A DNA stretch of 64,000 bases from Candidatus Parcubacteria bacterium (GTDB lineage: Bacteria; Patescibacteriota; Minisyncoccia; UBA6257; 2-01-FULL-56-20). Location of the stretch: contig DAHVRZ010000002.1 in the NCBI GenBank assembly GCA_027324805.1, positions 85,658 to 149,657 on the forward strand, read 5' to 3'. Shown here piece by piece: positions 57,263 through 64,000 of this stretch (the first letter of the stretch is position 1; each line of letters starts with the position of its first letter). A model generated the notes under the pieces. That model did not search any database, was not told the origin of the DNA, and was given only the letters and a program-made list of their open reading frames with translations. A program made the translations under genes and the position numbers.

Positions 57263-57992
57263 GCAATTGTTTTTGCAGGAATTCCCCTATCGCCTCGTTC
57301 ACGGCCGCAATCGCCTCCGGATAATACCGATAGTCGTGCGCGGCATCTATTATCCTGAACATTTTCGGTTCGGGAACCGAATCGTAGATCTCCCGGACTT
57401 TCTGCGATGAAATGAACTCGTCCTGCGTCGCGGAGATCATGAGCTTCGGCTTGGTGCATTGCCGAAGCACCGCGAGCGGATCGAATTGTTTTGCATCCTC
57501 CCAGTAACTGAGCGGCAGCCTGAACTCCTTCTGTTCCTCGGTTTCGCGGCCGCCCGGCGGCATGTCGCGGCGCGATATCTGGAAACCGATTTTGAGCTCA
57601 TCTTCCGCGGGCAATGAAGGCATGCTGTAGTTCGAAAGGATGAGCACGATGCCCGTCACGGCGGGATTTGCATTGGCAAGTATCGCCGCAGTGCCTCCGC
57701 GGCTGTGCCCCAGAAGCAGTGTCGGCTTGTTCCCGAAATACGAAATCAACTCTTCGATTGATCTGATATAGTTCGCGGTCGTATACATCCCCATATCGCC
57801 CGGACTTTCCCATGTACCCGGCGGATCGAAGGCGATGGCATAGTATCCCCGCGCCGCAAGATATTCGGCATGGCTCACGAAATTTGCATAGTCCTTCGTA
57901 TCGAGCCTTCCGGGAATAAGGATGGCGAGCTTGCCGGCGCTCTCCTCCCCTCTTGCGAGAACCGCGAGCTCAAATGATGCCGTACGGATCAT
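57246..57992 (-). CDS. Alpha/beta hydrolase
   Basis: GHSRGG nucleophile elbow, QDE, AAHDY. Confidence 0.88.
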   Translation of the reverse strand: MIRTASFELAVLARGEESAGKLAILIPGRLDTKDYANFVSHAEYLAARGYYAIAFDPPGTWESPGDMGMYTTANYIRSIEELISYFGNKPTLLLGHSRGGTAAILANANPAVTGIVLILSNYSMPSLPAEDELKIGFQISRRDMPPGGRETEEQKEFRLPLSYWEDAKQFDPLAVLRQCTKPKLMISATQDEFISSQKVREIYDSVPEPKMFRIIDAAHDYRYYPEAIAAVNEAIGEFLQKQLLIGRA

Positions 57993-57999
57993 GAAAATG

Positions 58000-58485
58000 T
58001 TATATATCCTTCCGCCCCGAAAATTCGCCGAGGTCCGCGAGCACCTGGGCCGCATGGACCTCCGGTTTTACGTCCTCATATACCTTCCTCACGACGCCAT
58101 CCGGACCTATGAGAAACGATGTGCGCAGCGTTCCTTCGTACTCGTGTCCCATCATTTTTTTCTTCCCCCATACGCCGTACGCGCGGACGACCTCCTTTTC
58201 CGTATCGGCAAGAAGCGTAAACGGCAGGCCGTACTTTTCCGCGAATTTCCCGTGGCTCGCCACGGAATCGACGCTCACGCCGAAGACGACGGCATCGAGC
58301 CTGCCAAAATCAGGGAATGCATCGCGGATCATGCATGCTTCCTTCGTGCACCCCGGTGTGTCGTCTTTGGGATAAAAATACAGGAGGACCCACCGGCCTC
58401 TTTCGCCGGACAGCGTATGCGGCCTACCATCCTGGTCGGGAAGAGTAAAATCCGGCGCCCGTGAACCCTGTTTGAGGATGGCCAT
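58000..58485 (-). CDS. bcp: Thioredoxin-dependent peroxidase Bcp
   Basis: YFYPKDDTPGCTKEAC. Confidence 0.95.
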   Translation of the reverse strand: MAILKQGSRAPDFTLPDQDGRPHTLSGERGRWVLLYFYPKDDTPGCTKEACMIRDAFPDFGRLDAVVFGVSVDSVASHGKFAEKYGLPFTLLADTEKEVVRAYGVWGKKKMMGHEYEGTLRTSFLIGPDGVVRKVYEDVKPEVHAAQVLADLGEFSGRKDI

Positions 58486-58513
58486 GTTTCTTATTACCTT
58501 TTTTCCCTGCGTT

Positions 58514-60286
58514 TTATTCCCCCGCATTCATCGCGGCCCGCGTGCCGGGGCCTACGTAACCCGCCGCTTTAATGCCATGCGCCGCCTGATATGCCTTGAC
58601 CGCCTGCTCGGTCGCCGTACCGAAATAGCCCGTGGCCGTGCCGGTGAAGAATCCTTTCGCCGCAAGATAGTTCTGGAGGTCCTCCACCTGCGTACCCGTC
58701 GAACCAACATCAAGGAATTCGGTGAAGTCATACGAGGAAGATCGGGAAGAGGCCGACGTACTCCCCGTATTGGACGCCGTCCCCGACGATGCAGTGAGCG
58801 CATTCGCCGCCTGCGTGAGCGTCGTCGCCATGGACTGGAGCTGGGTCACCATCTGCGCGAGCTGGGACTGCACGGACTGTATCGCGGCGAGGAGCGTCGC
58901 GTTGGACGCGGATCCCCCCGAACTTGCAGTGCCGGAATTGGCTGCCGTCACCGTCGCGTAGATCGTACTGCAGTTCCCGCCGGATGCGCATACGGTGATT
59001 GATGCCGAACCCGCGCTCTCGCCGGTGAGTGTAAGCGTGCTCCCGTTCACGCTCCCCTGCAGGATGTTCGCATTCGCCGTGGCGGAAACGTAATAGGATG
59101 ACGCGCCGGAAAGCGAAACGCTGTAGGTCTGACCCGCCACAACGGTCGGGTTTGTCACGCCGAATGTCACATATCCGCCAGATGAGGATCCGTTCACCGT
59201 CACAGTGAAAGTGCCACAGCCGTTCGATGCCGAACATACGGTGATCGTCGCCGAGCCGCTCGCTTGGCCCGTAAGCGTGATCGTATTACCGCTTACGGAT
59301 TGCGAGACCGCGCTCGGATTCGTGTTGCCCGTCACATAATATCCGGAACCGCCGGATACCGTGAGCGTGGTTGCCTGCCCCACCGTGAGCGTCGGATTCG
59401 TATTGCTGAAATAGAGCGAACCGCTCGACGACGTGGTGCCGGTCGTCACATACAGCGTACCGCATCGCCCGTTCGAGTCGCACACGGTGATGTTCGCCGA
59501 ACCGAGCGCGGAACCGTAGAGCGTGATCGTACTGCCGGAGAGCACCGCGGAAACGTCGGATGGATTCGAATTGTTCGTGACGGAATAGCTGCCGCTGCCG
59601 CCCGAGACCGTCACGGTCGTGTTCTGCCCCTGCGCGATCGTGATATTGTTCTGACTGAACGACAGCACGCTCCCCGACTGCACCGTAACGGCAAGCCCGA
59701 TGCAATTCGATGCCGTTCCCGTATAGCAGATGTTCGCCACGGTGCCGCCGGTTTGGCTGCCGGTGACGGTGATCTGCGTCCCGCTCACGCTCACGGTTGC
59801 GATCGAAGGATTGGCATTCGACGCCATGTAGAGCGGCGCCGAACCGTTTGTCTCGTAGAGCGTCGCCTGCTGGCCGAGTCCGACCGTGACCGAGGTCTGG
59901 CTCAGGGTCGGCGTGCCCGAAGGCGTGGGCCACGGCTGCATCACCGACTGCGCACCATCCACCACGACATACACATTGTTGCCGGAGATAATTCCGTAGG
60001 ACGACGCGTTCACGGTCGTCGTGAAGTAGCCGGCCGAGTTCGTTGAACCGAGCGTCGTCACTTGCATCCCCGACGCGCTTGCGACGTTATAATAGAACAT
60101 CACGCTCTGATTCGCGTCGCCGTTCACGCTCACCTGCACCGAACCGCCGGACAGACTCGAGAGGGAGAGCGTCGGCGTGACGGCGGCAAATGCGGATTGG
60201 ACGGCCGCGAATGCTCCAAAAAGCATAAGGATTGTCGGCACCGCGAGGGCTTTGATTGTTTTTTTAGTGAAGAACGAAGAGATCAT
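58514..60286 (-). CDS. Secreted surface protein with four Cys-paired Ig-like repeats and a C-terminal peptidoglycan-binding domain
   Basis: Signal peptide; ITVC..C repeats; GSTGTQVEDLQNYL..TGYFGTATEQAVKAYQ..GYVGPGTR. Confidence 0.85.
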   Translation of the reverse strand: MISSFFTKKTIKALAVPTILMLFGAFAAVQSAFAAVTPTLSLSSLSGGSVQVSVNGDANQSVMFYYNVASASGMQVTTLGSTNSAGYFTTTVNASSYGIISGNNVYVVVDGAQSVMQPWPTPSGTPTLSQTSVTVGLGQQATLYETNGSAPLYMASNANPSIATVSVSGTQITVTGSQTGGTVANICYTGTASNCIGLAVTVQSGSVLSFSQNNITIAQGQNTTVTVSGGSGSYSVTNNSNPSDVSAVLSGSTITLYGSALGSANITVCDSNGRCGTLYVTTGTTSSSGSLYFSNTNPTLTVGQATTLTVSGGSGYYVTGNTNPSAVSQSVSGNTITLTGQASGSATITVCSASNGCGTFTVTVNGSSSGGYVTFGVTNPTVVAGQTYSVSLSGASSYYVSATANANILQGSVNGSTLTLTGESAGSASITVCASGGNCSTIYATVTAANSGTASSGGSASNATLLAAIQSVQSQLAQMVTQLQSMATTLTQAANALTASSGTASNTGSTSASSRSSSYDFTEFLDVGSTGTQVEDLQNYLAAKGFFTGTATGYFGTATEQAVKAYQAAHGIKAAGYVGPGTRAAMNAGE

Positions 60287-60455
60287 ATATGTAGCGTTTA
60301 TTTAAAGGGCCTTTGGGGGGATCTTTCTACCTCTACTATAGTATACGCCTTTTTGACCGCGGAACGTTCCACCGGGAATCTCGTTCGATAAACAAAACAC
60401 CGCTCCGGATCGCCGGGAGCGGCGTTATTTGGGCCATACTATGGAAACTCCTGCC

Positions 60456-61730
60456 TTAACGGTACCGTCCGCCGGGGCGGCGCGGGCTGTTGCGGCTGCG
60501 CGGCGCCGGTCCACTGCTCCGGCTTTCGCGGCCGCGTCCCGAAGGCCTCGATCCGCCGCGGGGCGAATATGGCGTGAACCGTGCGGGGGCCCGAGGCTCG
60601 AGCCGTGCGGGCGGAAGCTGAGGAAGCTTCGATTGCGGAAGCGCGACGCGCATCACGCGCTCGATATCCTGCACGTCGCGCCGCTCGTCGGGCATGGCAA
60701 AGGAGATGGCGTGCCCCGCGGCGCCCGCGCGCGCGGTGCGGCCGATGCGATGGACGTAATCCTCCGGCGTTGACGGAAGGTCGTAATTGATGACGAGCTC
60801 GATCCCCTTTACGTCTATGCCGCGCGCCGCGATGTCGGTCGCCACGAGCACGCGATACCTGCCGTTCTTGAATCCTTCGAGCGCTTCGCGCCGCTGGTTG
60901 AGCGACCGGTTCGAATGGATCTCCGCGGCGGTGTGCCCGATGTGCCGCGCAAGCGCGGCGATGCGCTTCGCCCCGAACTTGGTGCGCGTGAAGACAAGCA
61001 CCGAGCCGCGGTATTCGCCGAGCACGCTCTCGAGGAGGCGCGGCTTATCGTTTTTCGATATGAAGAAAAGCTCCTGCGTCGCCCTGGCGGCCGCGGTGCC
61101 GGGCGGTGCGATCTCGATGCGGATCGGAAGCTTCATGTACGAGTTCGCGAGCTTCACGATGCCATCGGGCATCGTCGCCGAAAAGAGCATCGTCTGCCGC
61201 TTGTCCGCCGGCGGCACTTCCGCAAGGATGCGCTTGAGCTGGGGAGCGAAGCCCATGTCGAGCATGCGGTCCGCCTCGTCGAGGACGAGGATCGAAACGC
61301 GCTTCAGCGAGATCGTCTTCTGTTCGAGATGATCAATGATGCGTCCCGGCGTACCGATCACGACCGACGGCCCTCGACGCAGCTGATCGAGCTGGCGCCC
61401 CATCGGCGCACCGCCGATCAGAAGCGCGGTACGGATGCCGAGCGGCCCGCCCACTTTAATGAAGGTCTCCTCCACCTGGAGCGCGAGCTCGCGCGTCGGA
61501 AGGATGACGAGTCCCTGCGTACCCTGTACGCACGCCTGGATCATGGGAATGCCGAACGCAAGCGTCTTCCCGGTCCCCGTCTGCGCGAGACCCATAACGT
61601 CCTTGCCCTCGAGGCCCGCCGGGATCGCCTTCACCTGGATCGGCGTCGGTACCTTAAACCCTATCTTATCGAGGATAGCGAGAATATTCGGCGCGATGCC
61701 GAGACCGTAAAAATCGGGATTATGTTCCAT
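60456..61730 (-). CDS. DEAD-box RNA helicase (RhlE-like)
   Basis: AQTGTGKT, PTRELA, DEAD, SAT, HRIGRTAR. Confidence 0.96.
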   Translation of the reverse strand: MEHNPDFYGLGIAPNILAILDKIGFKVPTPIQVKAIPAGLEGKDVMGLAQTGTGKTLAFGIPMIQACVQGTQGLVILPTRELALQVEETFIKVGGPLGIRTALLIGGAPMGRQLDQLRRGPSVVIGTPGRIIDHLEQKTISLKRVSILVLDEADRMLDMGFAPQLKRILAEVPPADKRQTMLFSATMPDGIVKLANSYMKLPIRIEIAPPGTAAARATQELFFISKNDKPRLLESVLGEYRGSVLVFTRTKFGAKRIAALARHIGHTAAEIHSNRSLNQRREALEGFKNGRYRVLVATDIAARGIDVKGIELVINYDLPSTPEDYVHRIGRTARAGAAGHAISFAMPDERRDVQDIERVMRVALPQSKLPQLPPARLEPRAPARFTPYSPRGGSRPSGRGRESRSSGPAPRSRNSPRRPGGRYR

Positions 61731-61752
61731 ACCTGTTTACCCTATCACGGAA

Positions 61753-63597
61753 TCACGCCTGATGGAAACCGCCGGCCTGGATGCTCCAGAGTTTGTGGTA
61801 CAGGCCGTTGTCCGCGAGCAGTTCCTTGTGCGTTCCCTGCGCGACGATGTCGCCGTGCTCGATGACGACGATATGGTCCATTTTCATGATCGTGGAAAGC
61901 CGGTGCGCGATAACGATCACCGTTTTCCCCTCCATAAGGGTTCGAAGCGCGTCCTGGATGAGCGCCTCCGATTCGGAATCGAGCGACGACGTCGCCTCGT
62001 CGAGGACGAGGATCGGCGCGTCTTTGAGTATCGCCCGCGCGATCGCGACGCGCTGACGCTCGCCGCCCGAAAGCTTCACTCCGCGCTCCCCCACGAACGT
62101 ATCGTACTTCTCCGGAAGCCCTTCGATGAACTCCTGGCAGTGCGCTTTCTTCGCCGCCTCCATCACCTCCTCATCCGTTGCACTGCGGCGTCCATAGCGG
62201 ATGTTCTCCATAAGCGTGCGGTGGAAAAGGATCGGCTCCTGCGGAACGAACGCAATCGCTTCGCGCAGGCTGTCCTGCGTGACCCCCGCGATATCCTGGC
62301 CATCAATCTCGATCCTTCCGCCAACGACGTCATAGAGGCGCAGGAGGAGCTTCGTCACCGTCGTTTTCCCGGCGCCCGAAGGGCCGACGAGTGCAAGCTT
62401 CTCGCCGCCGCGGACCGTAAGGTTGAAATTGCGGAGGATCGGTTTGTCCTCATAGAAATGGAACTGCACATCGCGGAACGCTATCTCGCGATTCGTCACG
62501 CGGAGCGCCTCCGCGCCCGGACGATCGGTCACGCCGTGCGGCGCTTCGAGGATCTCCATCATTTCGACCGCGTCCGCGAACGCGTCATGGAAACGCCGTA
62601 TCTGCATGCTTATTCCCGTCAGCTGGCTGAAAAGGCCGATGAGATAGCTCTGGATGAGCACAAAGTCACCGACCGTGATGAGCCCTTTCTGCCAATACAC
62701 GACCGCGCCATACAGAAGGCCGATGTTGATGCCCACGATGAGGATGCCTTGGACGGACCATATCAGCTCGTCGGCGTTCCACGAACGCATCGTCGCTTTC
62801 CGCCAAAGCTCGACGACGCCCCTGAAGAGTCCGCCCTCATAGGCGCTCCCCGAAAAGAGGGCGATCGTGTTCTGGTTCGAGATCGCATCAGCGAGCGTTC
62901 CCGTCATTTTACTGTCAGCCTCCGATCGCGCGACGCGGAGCGGACGGCGGAGATGCGCGACGTATATCTGAAATGCTATGAAGCATGCGATCCATACCGC
63001 GAGCGCGACCCCGAGCACATGGTTGCGGAGGAAAAGCACCGTCACCGCGCCGACAGCGAACACGGCCGTCGGGAAGAACGCGAGCATCACGTTGTCCATG
63101 ATCGTCTCGAACGCCCCGGCGAACTTGCTCACCCGCCGCGTGAGCGTACCGCCGAAATGCGATACGAAAAACTGGTAGGAATGCCCGATGAGATAATCAA
63201 ATGCGGACGCCGAAAGGTCGGCCATCCCCCGCGATTCGAGGTGGATGATGCTGTATGTCTGCACGCGCTGGGCGATCCAGCCGACGATCGAAAGCGCCGC
63301 GATGATAATGACAAGAGTGATAAGCTTTTGAAATACCGCAGGCGTCCCCGGCCCGGCGGCAACGGCATTGAAAAGCTCCTTCATATAGAGCGGCGAGATG
63401 ATGCCGGCGATCTGCGCGCCGAGCGCTCCCATAAAAACGAGCGTGAACAGCACCCAGTGCTTGCGTACCTCACCCGCATACATGCGGAAAATATCCCTCG
63501 TGCGTATAAGGGGTTTTGCGGGCGCCGCTGCGGCACTTTTTGGTGCCGGGTCTTTCGGCGCGCTTTCCGCCGGAGATGGGGTTATTTTCTTTGTCAT
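61753..63597 (-). CDS. ABC exporter, fused permease/ATPase
   Basis: TM domain, GPSGAGKT, LSGGERQ, LDEATSSLD. Confidence 0.95.
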   Translation of the reverse strand: MTKKITPSPAESAPKDPAPKSAAAAPAKPLIRTRDIFRMYAGEVRKHWVLFTLVFMGALGAQIAGIISPLYMKELFNAVAAGPGTPAVFQKLITLVIIIAALSIVGWIAQRVQTYSIIHLESRGMADLSASAFDYLIGHSYQFFVSHFGGTLTRRVSKFAGAFETIMDNVMLAFFPTAVFAVGAVTVLFLRNHVLGVALAVWIACFIAFQIYVAHLRRPLRVARSEADSKMTGTLADAISNQNTIALFSGSAYEGGLFRGVVELWRKATMRSWNADELIWSVQGILIVGINIGLLYGAVVYWQKGLITVGDFVLIQSYLIGLFSQLTGISMQIRRFHDAFADAVEMMEILEAPHGVTDRPGAEALRVTNREIAFRDVQFHFYEDKPILRNFNLTVRGGEKLALVGPSGAGKTTVTKLLLRLYDVVGGRIEIDGQDIAGVTQDSLREAIAFVPQEPILFHRTLMENIRYGRRSATDEEVMEAAKKAHCQEFIEGLPEKYDTFVGERGVKLSGGERQRVAIARAILKDAPILVLDEATSSLDSESEALIQDALRTLMEGKTVIVIAHRLSTIMKMDHIVVIEHGDIVAQGTHKELLADNGLYHKLWSIQAGGFHQA

Positions 63598-63640
63598 GGT
63601 TACTGCATCATTACGAATATACGTAGTATAATGGATATTA

Positions 63641-64000
63641 ATGAAACTTATCAAAAGGATATTCCCTTTCGCCATCATTTTTTCGATCATCTTCGTCTTC
63701 ATACGGCACAGCACGTTCTATGACACGCGCGTCCTTGTGGAAAGCCTCACCGGCGTCCAGACGCTCTTCGGCGCGATCGGCATCATCTTCAGCATCATCG
63801 CGGCGTTCGTGATCCAAAAGGAATGGGAGCAGTGGAACGCCCTTGTGGATGCCGTGAAGGGCGAGGTGGACGGCCTCGAGAAGCTCTATCTCTGGTCCAA
63901 TAATTTTTCTCCCGACATCCGGGAAAAAGTGCACGGGAACATCGCCGATTATCTCCGCCTCATCATAAAGGAAGGCTGGCAGCTCAGCGAACGCGGCGAG
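63641..64000 (+). CDS. Membrane protein (DUF4239-like), truncated by the window end
   Basis: Read manually: MKLIKRIFPF..GIIFSIIAAFVIQKEWEQWN..; open to the window edge. Confidence 0.65.
   Translation, partial: MKLIKRIFPFAIIFSIIFVFIRHSTFYDTRVLVESLTGVQTLFGAIGIIFSIIAAFVIQKEWEQWNALVDAVKGEVDGLEKLYLWSNNFSPDIREKVHGNIADYLRLIIKEGWQLSERGE

Noticed and set aside
61762-63723. 653-aa plus-strand ORF mirroring the ABC exporter
   Set aside because: Antisense shadow; the minus strand has all the ABC motifs

Overview
A 64-kb chromosomal window from a bacterium that is most likely Patescibacteria/Parcubacteria (CPR). This is inferred from the compact fused rpoBC, rplK with no adjacent rplA, DUF4012/DUF5667-type genes and many leaderless genes; the genetic code is standard 11. 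(1) 1-10.3 kb is a metal/thiol-redox island. It has a CsoR/RcnR-family repressor with three matching operators inside promoters, plus DsbA, CcdA, a redoxin, TRASH and DUF302 genes and several uncharacterised Cys/His proteins. (2) About 10.3-15.4 kb is an unusual filamentous-phage (inovirus)-like element. It has a wHTH gene, an origin-like AT-rich region with DnaA boxes, four tiny membrane ORFs, two major-coat-like paralogues, and pIII-like and pVI-like genes. It has no pI/Zot ATPase, HUH Rep or integrase. The pI slot instead holds a C5 DNA methyltransferase encoded as two polypeptides in overlapping frames, followed by a stand-alone sigma70 region-4 protein. (3) 15.5-64 kb is core and CPR-typical genes: rplK, ssb, rpsF, rpoBC fusion, mltG, rodA, GH130 genes, an ECF sigma/MacAB-type operon, pgi/pmi, a zwf-gnd fusion, serS, def, fmt, sod, tRNA-Gln, sppA, bcp, a DEAD-box helicase and an ABC transporter. 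All product calls come from motif recognition by eye; no database searches were run.
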